Shown here: piece by piece, positions 1 through 12,394 of the stretch
Position numbering within the stretch: the stretch's first letter is position 1
How the letters are laid out: each line of letters starts with the position of its first letter
DNA from: the human T2T-CHM13v2.0 reference genome, Homo sapiens
Length of the DNA stretch: 64,000 nt
Assembly: GCF_009914755.1 (NCBI RefSeq)
Contig: NC_060940.1
Reading direction: 5' to 3' (one strand)
Notes under the pieces: generated by a model
What the model saw: the letters and a program-made list of their open reading frames with translations, nothing else
Told to the model about the DNA's origin: nothing
The model's database searches: none
Position numbers and translations under genes: made by a program

Positions 1-321
1 CTCCAAATGGATAGGCACTGTCCTGGCTGTCACCTTATTATGGTCTCTTGATTTCCTCAGTAGACAGTGCCTCCAGGGCAGGGCAGTGTCTTAGGTCTCT
101 CATACCTGGCACTCAAGTGTTCGCCTGATTTCCTGGCATCCCCGAGCAGTCACTTCACCTGATGAAGACACTGCACCCAGAGAAACTGGATGCCTAGCAA
201 GTTAACATTAGGTTCTGGAGCTACAGGATATACCAAGTTAAGGTGTGGTGAGGGGAGTCCTGCTGCTGTAGGTGGTGATGAGGGAGGAGGTAGGTGGGGA
301 GCAACTTCTTTTTCTGCTCAG

Positions 322-490
322 CCCCCTACAGAAGCTAAGCAGCATGGACCCGGCCATGCTGGAGCGCCTCCTCAGCTTGGACCGTCTGCTTGCCTCCCAG
401 GGGAGCCAGGGGGCCCCTCTGTTGAGTACCCCAAAGCGAGAGCGGATGGTGCTAATGAAGACAGTAGAAGAGAAGGACCTAGAGATTGAG
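322..490 (+). CDS. KIF22: KIF22 (kinesin family member 22, Kid) coding exon; 5' boundary is the first AG after a strong polypyrimidine tract
   Basis: Translation ...[56 protein letters not shown] matches the KIF22 C-terminal region. Donor GAG|gtacgt at 490/491. Acceptor ttctttttctgctcag|C at 321/322. Confidence 0.6.
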
Positions 491-875
491 GTACGTGTTT
501 TAGGGATGTGGGAGCTGGATTCCTATTGGCCTTGAGAAGCAATCCTTGGATCTTCAGACAGGGAAGGACACTCAGGCTGGACTAGAGTCCAGTTTTCTCC
601 CAATACCGGAAGTTCTCCAGCTTCTGCTTGAATGTCCTTAACATGGCTGAACTTTGACAGACAATTGAGACCAGATGTGAGGGTGAGAAGAAAAAGTTCA
701 AAGTAAAAGCAACAAATGTTAAACATTACATTTCCTAAAGCCCAGCTCAATTAATTGAGGACTGTGCTTGAAAAGCCTTTCCCTTCAATATTTGCAGAGG
801 CTTGTTCCACCTCTGGGTAGCCCCCTAATCACAGAAAGCCCTTAATTATGTTAGGCTCCACCTGTCTCCTGGTAA

Positions 876-1208
<333 letters not shown>

Positions 1209-1550
1209 TAAGGGAGGAAGTGTTAGGAGCAGCTGTCTCCATGTCATTCATATTCTCCCACCACATACCAGTCCCAGGGAGGGGTGAGGAGGCTCTGAGG
1301 CAGTGCTGGGGGTGCTCTGCCCTCGGGTGTTTAGGACAGTGGGATGGACAAACGAGTAGAGGATTGAAGATAATGCAAGACTGACTGAAATTCCTTTAAA
1401 TGCGGGTATAAAAAAGGTCATGTGGAAACACAACAGGTTAACTCTGGATGGAGGGGAGCTGGGGAATCAGAAATGGAAGAATCGAAGGGCTACCAGGGAG
1501 GGTGAAAAGTACCCTTTGCCCTGACTCCAATTCTCGATTCCTACTTTCAG

Positions 1551-1618
1551 TTCAGGAGCAGGCAGCATCCCCAAATGCCGAGATCCACATCCTGAAGAAT
1601 AAAGGCCGGAAGAGAAAG
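1551..1618 (+). CDS. KIF22: KIF22 coding exon
   Basis: Acceptor ctactttcag|TTCAGGAG. Translation (I)[22 protein letters not shown]. Donor AAG|gtgaaa. Confidence 0.8.
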
Positions 1619-2174
1619 GTGAAAGTAGCTGGGGGCTTAGGCTACACCTGGAGCCCAGAAGTAAGGGGGAGTAGGCTCTAGGGGGAGGAGCGTTGGCCTT
1701 GGGGTTAAACGAACTGGATGATGGCCGCCAGCTACTAACAGACCTCAACTTGCTTACCCCTGGAATGTGGTGATGGATGGTTCCTTGCAGGGCATTTAGG
1801 GTGGAAGGCAGTGATGTGGATGTACCTCGCAGAGCGGATGTTCCACTGTGTAGCCTGGCTTCTACCCTCTACAAGCTTAAGAGGGAAAACTTAGGGAACT
1901 ATGACCTAAGCAGTCAAGCAAGAAACCACACATATGCACATACCCAGAATCGAACACCACTAGAACTACCCAAAAACTGAGATGGTTGGGGGAGGTATCA
2001 TTTATTCATATTACTTTCTCCCATGTACTTTTTGAAAGACAGCTTATTCTTTCCCTTTTAGAGATGAGGGACCAGATTTAAGAGCTTATTTTGTGCTTTA
2101 CATTCATTAACTCACTTGATCTCCACAGCAACTCCATGAGAAGGGTGCTAATATTACCACTGGGTACTGAGTAG

Positions 2175-2900
<726 letters not shown>

Positions 2901-3360
2901 TAACCCCGTGTTGTGTAAATACAGTTTTTGCTCCGGTGCTTCCGCCTGATTTTTGGGGCTGCGGGGGCGGGACCGGGGTGTGACCGCCTCGGGGTGGGCC
3001 GCGAGCAAGGCAGGCGACTCCACTGGGCGCCATCTTCGGGGAACGACTCAGCGCAGGATTGTAAATACACCGCTGGGGTGGGGCGGGGAGGACGGTGGCC
3101 TGCAGGACGCAAAAAGCGGAAGCCGAAGCATGAGGCCTGCGACCGTTAGGCGGGCGCGCGCTCAGGGATTAGCCCCGCCCCGTCCGTGCCCCCGGCGCGC
3201 GCGCTCCCCCATTCTCCCGCTCGGCAACGACGGCGGCCTTGTGCGCGTGCGCGCGAAATAACGGCCGCTGGCGGAGGGAGGGGGAGTGGAATCGTTGGCG
3301 GGGGGAAGAGGAGAGAAGCCGCCCTGTCTCCCGCGCGCCCACCACCTGCGCCATCGTCAG

Positions 3361-3365
3361 CCAAT
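3361..3365 (+). promoter_or_regulatory. MAZ: CCAAT box (cagCCAATcag), candidate NF-Y site in the MAZ upstream region
   Basis: Perfect CCAATCAG core within the CpG island, ~300-900 bp upstream of the MAZ coding starts. Confidence 0.35.
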
Positions 3366-3697
3366 CAGCAGCCGTCTCAGGGGTCTCGCGCTCGGGGCGA
3401 CTCGGGCTGCTGGGTGGCTCCCCCGTCCCTCCTCCCGCCAGAGTCCCTCTCGCGCCTGCCCCTCCCGCTGGCCACGCGCGCGCTCGCGCTAGCGCTCGCG
3501 CCCGCTCCAGCCTCTTGTGTGTCCTCGCGCCCCCCGCCCGCCCTCCCCGCGCGTAGTGTGCTCCGCTTCCCCCACCCTCCACCTCCCCCCTCCTGCCCGC
3601 CCCGCGCGCCTCCTCCCGGGTTCCCCCTCCCCCACCGCCGCCGCCTCCTCCTCCCGCCCCAGGGTGAGCGCGAGCCACCTCCCTCCCTCCCTCCGCC

Positions 3698-3733
3698 ATG
3701 GATCCCAGCAACTGGAGCAGCTTCATCTTCCAG
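3698..3733 (+). CDS. MAZ: Candidate alternative MAZ 5' coding mini-exon (MDPSNWSSFIFQ) that would splice in frame to MAZ exon 2
   Basis: Kozak-like gccATGG. 12 codons end in TTCCAG|gtaaca, a consensus donor in phase 0, compatible with the phase-0 acceptor at 4531. Confidence 0.4.
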
Positions 3734-3954
3734 GTAACAACTCCCTCCCCCCGCCCCCACCCCCCTGCCCACACCCCCTCCTGCCCGCCCTCCCTCCCGT
3801 CCCACCCCCCCTCCGCGCGCCCGGTGCGCGCGCAGCTGTCCCCCTCCCTCCCTCGCGCCCTCCCCCGCCCTCCCCGAGGCGCCGGCTGGGCGCGCGCGCG
3901 GCGGGGGCCGAGGCTGCTCCCTCGCTCCCCCCACCCCGCCCCGCCAGGCTCCAA

Positions 3955-3981
3955 CCGCCGCCGCCGCCGCCGCCGCCGCCC
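3955..3981. repeat. MAZ: (CCG)9 trinucleotide repeat in the MAZ 5'UTR or promoter
   Basis: ccgccgccgccgccgccgccgccgccc read directly. Confidence 0.9.
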
Positions 3982-4254
3982 GGGCCCCCGCCCCCGGCCC
4001 CGGCCCCGCGGGGCCTCCCGCCCCCACCCAGGGGGCGTCGCCGCCGCCGTCGCCGCGGCGCTCCGCGGCCCGCAAGGCGCCCTCCTTTCCTCCCTCCCGC
4101 CGGCCGGGGTGCGCGGGCGGCGGGGCGGCCCGCGGGCCATGCGTTCGGCGCGGCCCAGCCCGGCCGGCCGGGGGCGGCGCCCCGAGCCCGGGCCCCGCGC
4201 GGCCCGCGCCCCCGGCCCCCGCTGAGCCCTGGGGGCCCCGCTGCGGCCGAGGCC

Positions 4255-4446
4255 ATGTTCCCGGTGTTTCCTTGCACGCTGCTGGCCCCCCCCTTCCCCG
4301 TGCTGGGCCTGGACTCCCGGGGGGTGGGCGGCCTCATGAACTCCTTCCCGCCACCTCAGGGTCACGCCCAGAACCCCCTGCAGGTCGGGGCTGAGCTCCA
4401 GTCCCGCTTCTTTGCCTCCCAGGGCTGCGCCCAGAGTCCATTCCAG
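4255..4446 (+). CDS. MAZ: MAZ exon 1 coding part (MFPVFPCTLLAPPFPVLGLDSRGVGGLMNSFPPPQGHAQNPLQVGAELQSRFFASQGCAQSPFQ)
   Basis: Exact match to the MAZ N-terminus, 64 codons. Donor CAG|gtgagt at 4446/4447. Confidence 0.9.
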
Positions 4447-4530
4447 GTGAGTAGGGCCGGCCGCGGCGGCCCGGGCTGGGGGGGGACGCCCGCCCGCACC
4501 CGCGGCCCACTCGGCGCCTTGTCTCCGCAG

Positions 4531-5381
4531 GCCGCGCCGGCGCCCCCGCCCACGCCCCAGGCCCCGGCGGCCGAGCCCCTCCAGGTGGACTTGCTCCCGG
4601 TGCTCGCCGCCGCCCAGGAGTCCGCCGCGGCTGCTGCGGCCGCTGCCGCCGCTGCTGCCGCCGTCGCTGCCGCGCCCCCGGCCCCTGCCGCCGCCTCTAC
4701 GGTGGACACAGCGGCCCTGAAGCAGCCTCCGGCGCCCCCTCCGCCACCCCCGCCAGTGTCGGCGCCCGCGGCCGAGGCCGCGCCCCCCGCCTCCGCCGCC
4801 ACTATCGCCGCGGCGGCGGCCACCGCCGTCGTAGCCCCAACCTCGACGGTCGCCGTGGCCCCGGTCGCGTCTGCCTTGGAGAAGAAGACAAAGAGCAAGG
4901 GGCCCTACATCTGCGCTCTGTGCGCCAAGGAGTTCAAGAACGGCTACAATCTCCGGAGGCACGAAGCCATCCACACGGGAGCCAAGGCCGGCCGGGTCCC
5001 CTCGGGTGCTATGAAGATGCCGACCATGGTGCCCCTGAGCCTCCTGAGCGTGCCCCAGCTGAGCGGAGCCGGCGGGGGAGGGGGAGAGGCGGGTGCCGGC
5101 GGCGGCGCTGCCGCAGTGGCCGCCGGTGGCGTGGTGACCACGACCGCCTCGGGGAAGCGCATCCGGAAGAACCATGCCTGCGAGATGTGTGGCAAGGCCT
5201 TCCGCGACGTCTACCACCTGAACCGACACAAGCTGTCGCACTCGGACGAGAAGCCCTACCAGTGCCCGGTGTGCCAGCAGCGCTTCAAGCGCAAGGACCG
5301 CATGAGCTACCACGTGCGCTCACATGACGGCGCTGTGCACAAGCCCTACAACTGCTCCCACTGTGGCAAGAGCTTCTCCCG
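4531..5381 (+). CDS. MAZ: MAZ exon 2 (poly-Ala/Pro region plus C2H2 zinc fingers 1-4)
   Basis: Acceptor ctccgcag|GCCGCG. Translation AAPAPPPTPQ...KSKGPYICALCAKEFKNGYNLRRHEAIHTG...CGKSFSR. Donor CCCG|gtgtgc. Confidence 0.9.
4624..4676. repeat. MAZ: Imperfect GCN repeat encoding a poly-alanine tract (13 consecutive Ala) in MAZ exon 2
   Basis: gcggctgctgcggccgctgccgccgctgctgccgccgtcgctgccgcg. Confidence 0.8.
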
Positions 5382-5782
5382 GTGTGCACGGGGCCTCGGC
5401 CGCCCGCTAGGCCGTGGGGAGGGAGGGACGCGACGGAGGTGGCCTGGCCGTGGCTGGCGGGGAGGGAGGCGGCTGCTGAGGCTGGGGAAGGGGAGCCACT
5501 CCCAGGGCGGAGGGAGGAAGCCTCTCCCGGTTACCAGGGAGCAAGGGGTGGTCCTTTGTCGAGGAGGTGGGCCTTGGGGTTGACGGAAGCTTCGCGTGGG
5601 AGGAGGCGGCGGCGGCGGCAGCGGCTGCTGGGCTCCAGGGGAGGGATTTCCTGCTTAAGTGTCGCTGTGACGGCCTGGGCTCCGGGAGGAGGCGCAGGGA
5701 TCCTCGGAAAGGCCTGTGGTGCGGTTTGGTGGATTTGGGGCGCACCACCTCCGCCCTAACCCCAACCCCAACGTGTCCCCAG

Positions 5783-5846
5783 GCCGGATCACCTCAACAG
5801 TCACGTCAGACAAGTGCACTCAACAGAACGGCCCTTCAAATGTGAG
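5783..5846 (+). CDS. MAZ: MAZ exon 3 (zinc-finger linker PDHLNSHVRQVHSTERPFKCE)
   Basis: Acceptor gtgtccccag|GCCGGA. Donor GAG|gtagga. Frame continuous with exon 2. Confidence 0.9.
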
Positions 5847-6122
5847 GTAGGAAGCCCGCCTCCTCCTGTCTTGGTTTTCATGATTTTGATCCTCATGGTA
5901 GCTGTCTGAGTCAGTCTCTCAGACCCCCTTTTTCTCTCTCTTCTTTTTGCCTTTTTGCTCCATTTTCTCATCCCTTCTTCAAGGCCTCATCATGTCACTC
6001 CCATTTCCTACAGATCAAAGATCCCCAAGGCTCTGATTCCTTTAATCTCTTGCTCCCCCCTCCCCAGCCCACCAAGCTTTAACTCTCCTGTGACACCCCC
6101 CACGCCCCTCCCCCCTCCTCAG

Positions 6123-6294
6123 AAATGTGAGGCAGCTTTCGCCACGAAGGATCGGCTGCGGGCGCACACAGTACGACACGAGGAGAAAGTGCCATGTCAC
6201 GTGTGTGGCAAGATGCTGAGCTCGGCTTATATTTCGGACCACATGAAGGTGCACAGCCAGGGTCCTCACCATGTCTGTGAGCTCTGCAACAAAG
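6123..6294 (+). CDS. MAZ: MAZ exon 4 (KCEAAFATKDRLRAHTVRHEEKVPCHVCGKMLSSAYISDHMKVHSQGPHHVCELCNK)
   Basis: Acceptor cccctcctcag|AAATGT. Donor AAAG|gtacat. Confidence 0.9.
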
Positions 6295-7092
6295 GTACAT
6301 GCCGAGGGCTGCCGGGAGGGCCAGGGGCAGAGGGTGGGCGCCTGGCCAGACGCCTTGCCACGGATACGGGTTAAGGGTGCTGTAGCCAAGAGCTCGTGGC
6401 GTCTAGATTCCTACAAGAGGTCAAGGGAGCAGCGGGGGGACACCTGAATGAACATCATTAGACTCTAAGAAGTCCTGGTTGGAAGAGATGATCTGCCAGA
6501 GAGGTTGAACCTCCTGGTAATGTGTGGGGAAAGCGGGAGTGGAACTTGGCTGCTCTGGGGAAGGAGTAGTCAAGAAAGCCAGTTCCAGGGGTCACAAGGC
6601 AAGGTTTCCGCTGCGCAGCCACAAGGTCTTGTCTCCAGCTCCTGGGGCAGGTGGAGTACACGGGCCGGGCTTTACCAGCACGCACCCTGCACGGGTAGCA
6701 GAGAAAGCTGCTTTCAGTCAGACTCACCGGTTAACTGGGTTGAGACCGCGGGGCACTGGAGGGAAGGGGACACAGCCGTCTCTGCTGAGGGTCAACCCTG
6801 CAAGTGGCTAGGAGTCAGTGTCTCGTCATCCTGGGAGAGGTCTCCCGGCCATGGAGAATGAGTTCTGTAGGTACCAAGGCTGAGAAGCGGGCACCACACA
6901 AGCCAGGCCCCAGGCTCAGGGAGGGGCTGTGTCTACCAGCCCCAACAGAGCAGTTGGCCCCAGGCTACCAAGGATACCGTGGGAGGAGGACAGGGCCATC
7001 TGAGGAGGGCATCCCCCGCCTAGGAGATCAGCCCCGTCTCTGGGGTCTCCGCCTGGCTGACCCCCGCCCCATCCCAATCCACCCCCCAATAG

Positions 7093-7295
7093 GCTTCACC
7101 ACGGCAGCATACCTGCGCATCCACGCGGTGAAGGACCACGGGCTCCAGGCCCCGCGGGCTGACCGCATCCTGTGCAAGCTGTGCAGCGTGCACTGCAAGA
7201 CCCCTGCCCAGCTGGCCGGCCACATGCAGACCCATCTGGGGGGGGCCGCCCCCCCTGTCCCGGGAGACGCCCCCCAGCCACAGCCCACCTGCTGA
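7093..7295 (+). CDS. MAZ: MAZ alternative terminal coding exon (isoform with extra zinc finger: GFTTAAYLRIHAVKDHGLQAPRADRILCKLCSVHCKTPAQLAGHMQTHLGGAAPPVPGDAPQPQPTC*)
   Basis: Acceptor ccccccaatag|GCTTCA in the same phase as the exon-4 donor. C2H2-type finger motif. Stop TGA 7293-7295. Confidence 0.7.
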
Positions 7296-7629
7296 GGGGG
7301 ACCCCCGCACCCACCAGGCAAGGCGTGGGGCATGGCTGGGGGGCGGGATGGGGGGTGTGGGGGACAACGGGGCTCAAAGGGCCCAATAGGGGATCTCAGG
7401 AAGGCGAGGGATGCCCATGTACCACTCAGGCTAGGGAGACTTCTGGGCACAGGGAGGATCCTTGAGAACTGCTCTGTCTGGGTGAGGATGCAGGCTGAGG
7501 CCTCTGGGGTCCAGATAGGAAGTGAGCAACGGCTGTGTCCCAGGGGAAGCAGGCTGGGAAGGTGTGGGGTGAGGGCAAGGCTCTTGCCATTCAGATCGCG
7601 CTGTGATCCGTGGTGTTTCTCCTGTGCAG

Positions 7630-7784
7630 GTACTGGTGAGGTTTGTCCAATGGCGGCGGCAGCGGCAGCGGCGGCAGCGGCAGCAGCGGCAGCAGTAGCA
7701 GCCCCTCCCACAGCTGTGGGCTCCCTCTCGGGGGCGGAGGGGGTGCCTGTGAGCTCTCAGCCACTTCCCTCCCAACCCTGGTGA
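7630..7784 (+). CDS. MAZ: MAZ terminal coding exon of the 477-aa isoform (TGEVCPM-A15-VAAPPTAVGSLSGAEGVPVSSQPLPSQPW*)
   Basis: Acceptor cctgtgcag|GTACTG. Stop TGA 7782-7784. Total spliced CDS is 1434 nt, i.e. 477 aa. Confidence 0.9.
7652..7700. repeat. MAZ: GCN repeat encoding poly-Ala (about 15 Ala) in the MAZ last exon
   Basis: gcggcggcagcggcagcggcggcagcggcagcagcggcagcagtagcagcc. Confidence 0.8.
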
Positions 7785-8694
7785 GCTCCAAGTTGGTTGC
7801 GGGGGAGAGGGGAGAATGGAGTAGAGTCCCTTGGTACAAGCTCCTCTCCCCCCTCTTTTCCCACCAACTCCTATTTCCCTACCAACCAAGGAGCCTCCAG
7901 AAGGAAAGGAGGAAGAAATGTTTTCTTAGGGGAATTCGCTAGGTTTTAACGATTTGTTTCTCCTGCTCCTCTTCTATCAGACCTGACCCCACACAAACCT
8001 GTCCCCTCGGTTGTGTTGAAGTCCCCTGGACAGTGGGCAGGGGTGGCAGAGGACACGAGCAGCCACTGCCCGTACCCCCTCTCCTCTCTGTAAGCCCATG
8101 CCCTGTCTTCCCAGGGACTTGTGAGCCTCTTCCCTCGACGGTCCTCTTCTCTCCTTCCAGTCCTCTCCCCCTGCTGTCTGCAGCCCCTCCCCGGGGAGTT
8201 GGTGCTTTCTTTTCCTTTTTTTTTTTTTTCCAGGGGGAGGGAGGAGAGGAAGGAGGGGGATCAGAGCTGTCCCAAAGAGGGAAAGCGGTGAGGTTTGAGG
8301 AGGGGCAGAAGCAGGGCCGGCAAAGGTTGTACCTTCATAAGGTGGTATGGGGGGTTGGGGTCAGGCCCTGAACATCGTCCTACTTGAGAATCTGTCAGGG
8401 GAAAAAGTCAAGGGGAGCAGGAGGAAGAGCCAGGAGGGCCAGAGGCAGAGAAGAGATGGAGTCTTAGGGGCCAGGGTGAGCGAGGGGTCCAGGGCCTAGA
8501 GGTGCTTCCTGGGGGCGGGGGAATGCAGCCAGTGTCCCCCTCCCCTCTTCCACCCCAGCTCCAGCCCTGGTCTTGTCTTTTCATCCCTCTTCCCCACGAC
8601 AGAAGAAGTTGTGGCCCTGGCCATGTCATCGTGTTCCTGTGTCCCCTGCATGTACCCCACCCTCCACCCCTTCCTTTTGCGCGGACCCCATTAC

Positions 8695-8712
8695 AATAAA
8701 TTTTAAATAAAA
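8695..8712 (+). terminator. MAZ: Two AATAAA polyadenylation signals marking the MAZ 3' end (~8720-8730)
   Basis: aataaattttaaataaa about 920 nt after the stop, consistent with a ~2.6-kb MAZ mRNA. Confidence 0.55.
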
Positions 8713-9499
8713 TCCTGTTTCTGGCTCTGGATTGAATGAATTGCCCTCACTAAGAACTGCCGCCAACCCCAAGGGTTTCTTCTCGGCCTGGTGTCCGTCA
8801 ATCCAGCCTTGCTCTGCCCTGTGAGGCTGTGAGGTTCTGGCTCCGCCCTCCCCAGGGGCAGCCTTACTGGCGGCAGCACAGATACAGGGCGGGGCCAAGG
8901 CTGTGGCTGTGGAGAGCAAGTTCCAGGTCTCTGGGGAATTCCCAACTCGGACAGGCCCAGAATAGCCCCTGGAGGTTTGAAGAGGCCCCGTCAGAAACCC
9001 AAACAGAGCTGCCAGACGGGAATGCCGCCCTCCCCCGTCCACACTCATGGCCGCTGCTCAGCCCCCAGCCGCCTCCCTCCCCACGCGCGTCACGGCCCTG
9101 AGGCCATGGTGGGTGGATGCGGCTGCGGAAAGGCTGGGGAGTCCGAGCCCTAGGACTGGGAGCAGCGAGGTAGAGAATGAAAGCTGCACCTGTCCCTCAT
9201 CCTGGGCATGGGCCACTCTGTGTTTACACGGGCTCCTCTGCCCAGCTCCTCCTGCCCCTTGGAATTCCCTTTCCTGTCCCCGCTCCGTCCTTTCCAGGGC
9301 CCCTTTTTTGAGCCTTCCAGCGCCAGTTTCTGCCGCTCCTTTCTGCAGGCTCCATTCTCTCCAAACCCCACCCTGCTCCTCCTCTGCAGCCTCCCCGCGT
9401 CTTGCCCCATCTTCCTTGCCCTCCTGCTCGTAGGGACGCCTCCACCCGGTCCTGCCTGTCTCACTGGTCCCGTCTCCTCGCAGAACCCTCTCCGTTTCC

Positions 9500-10000
9500 C
9501 CCAAATCCCCGTCTCTTCCAGGAATCCCGGTGACCGTTGGCGGGAGGGGCCGGGGACTTAAGAAGGAGGCGTCCCTCCTGGAGGCGCGCGTGAGAAGGGG
9601 CAGGGAGGGGGCGCGAGTGGTCCCCGGGCCGGTTGCCTGGGTAACGCGTGGCTCCCTTGGGCTGGCGGGAGGGGCCGGAGGCTCGCGAGGGGCGGGGGCG
9701 GCGACGGCGGCGGAGCGTAGGGGAGGGGACCGGAGAGGAGGGGATGAGCACACGGGAGAGGAGAAGAGGGAGACCCGCCGCCTCCCTCCCTCCCTAGCTG
9801 ACTTGCTCCCTCCCGGGCTGCGGCTGCTGCAAAAGCCAGCAGCGGCAGCGGGAGCTGTCCGGAGGCCGGCGTCGAGGTGAGACCCGGGCAGACTGAGGCT
9901 GCGGGTAGGAGTGGACCGACCGACGGCTGACGCCGGGCGGACTGCACGGGAATGCGGGTGTCTGGAGGGCTGGTGGTGGTGCTGGGCGGGCTGAACCATC
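9500..10000. promoter_or_regulatory. PRRT2: CpG island and promoter of PRRT2
   Basis: CpG-dense block. Donor-terminated non-coding exon ending at 9876 (GTCGAG|gtgaga). Confidence 0.55.
9750..9876 (+). other. PRRT2: PRRT2 non-coding exon 1 (5' end approximate)
   Basis: Consensus donor cgag|gtgagacc inside the CpG island, ~730 bp upstream of the coding exon. 5' boundary not determinable from sequence. Confidence 0.4.
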
Positions 10001-10580
10001 GGGAGGAGGCGCCAGCCCACCGAAGGCGAGGGAAGCCCCGGGAGAGGGGCTGACAGGGGATCGAAGGAGATAACCAGGTCCCCCAGAAAGGGGCGGGAGC
10101 GTCCTCGCCCTAAACGCGCAGCAAGAAAACCCGCACCGCCTGGGAGCCCAGGGAGGAGGGGAGGATGCAGAGGGAGTGGAATGCGAATGTCGGGTCCTCT
10201 GCCCAGTCGGCCTGTCGGAGTGCTATTTGCACAGCTCGTTGATTTTGGGGTGCTGGGATCTGAGAGTCTGGATCTTGTTGGATGGACCCAGGGAGAGACC
10301 CTGGAGAAGGTCCTGTTTACAAAAGGGTTAATCTTCCCCAGGGCTCTCCAAGCAGAAGACTTTGAGTAGAGCACTCCTCCCGCAGGGATGTCCCACCCTA
10401 AGGCAAAGGAAACCCCAACTTTTCTTCCTCTCCCTAGAGGCAGTGCAAGGCTGGCCCTGAGACAGGAATGTGGCCCAATTGGGCCTGCAGTGCTGAGCGC
10501 CCTCTTCCCTCCTCACCCCAAGCCTATCTCCTCCTCTTCCAGGGTTTGCCGCTGTCTCTGCTATTCCATCCTCCCCATAG

Positions 10581-11504
<924 letters not shown>

Positions 11505-11879
11505 TAGCCCAGGCCTGCTGTGGCTCCCAGCTTCCCGCCAGCGCTGCAATAGAGCCTCTGGAGTAATCATGCCTTCCTTCCCCTCTCCTCTCTGCATGGA
11601 TCCCACCTCCCCAATTCCAGGGCCTTTGTTTGCCTCTCCCTAGGACCTAACCCTCTGAGCCACCACTGCCCTGCCCCTTTGGGTGGGAGGGATATGGAAA
11701 CACGTGTCACACAGCCTCGCTGACCTGTGCCCTCCTCCCCCTGCCCCTTCACTCCTCCTTCCTCCCTTACCCGCCATCTATGGGGCTGGCCTCTCTCTCT
11801 TCTGGATGACTTTTCCACCTGATCCCTTCTGGGCTGGCTTCTCCTGACCCCGGCTATGTGCCTCCACCCCTCGCCCTAA

Positions 11880-12191
<312 letters not shown>

Positions 12192-12394
12192 GGGGCTCTG
12201 CCCCGCATCCCAAGACTTTTCTTCCTGTTGGGAGCTGCCTTGGGCCCATCCCTCCCCTGGGGGGAGCCCAACTGATGGCCCTGGCCCCCACCCCTAAGGA
12301 CCAAGGGAGCCTGAGCGGCCTTGTTTACAGCTTCTGTCCTGCTCCTGCATCTTGCCAGGCTCCTCTGCCAACTGTAGGCCTGCCTCATCCCTGC

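Noticed and set aside
3169-5313. 714-aa minus-strand ORF (Arg/Gly-rich) antisense to the MAZ promoter and exons
   Set aside because: Low-complexity translation of a GC-rich, stop-poor frame. No splice or Kozak support. It overlaps the bona fide MAZ CDS on the other strand. Typical CpG-island artefact.
3517-5583. 688-aa plus-strand ORF spanning the MAZ leader, exon 1, intron 1 and exon 2
   Set aside because: Only the segments 4255-4446 and 4531-5381 are real CDS. The ORF reads through because the 84-bp intron and the GC-rich leader lack stops. The protein match begins at MFPVFPCTLL.
7096-7711. Minus-strand ORFs (96-227 aa) with A19 runs opposite the MAZ 3' exons
   Set aside because: Antisense of the poly-Ala-encoding GCN repeat and the zinc-finger exon. 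There is no independent support.
9058-10374. 438-aa minus-strand ORF across the PRRT2 promoter CpG island
   Set aside because: Pro/Arg/Ser-rich low-complexity product with no recognisable domain. It lies in promoter and 5'UTR DNA of a plus-strand gene. Artefact of GC-rich sequence.
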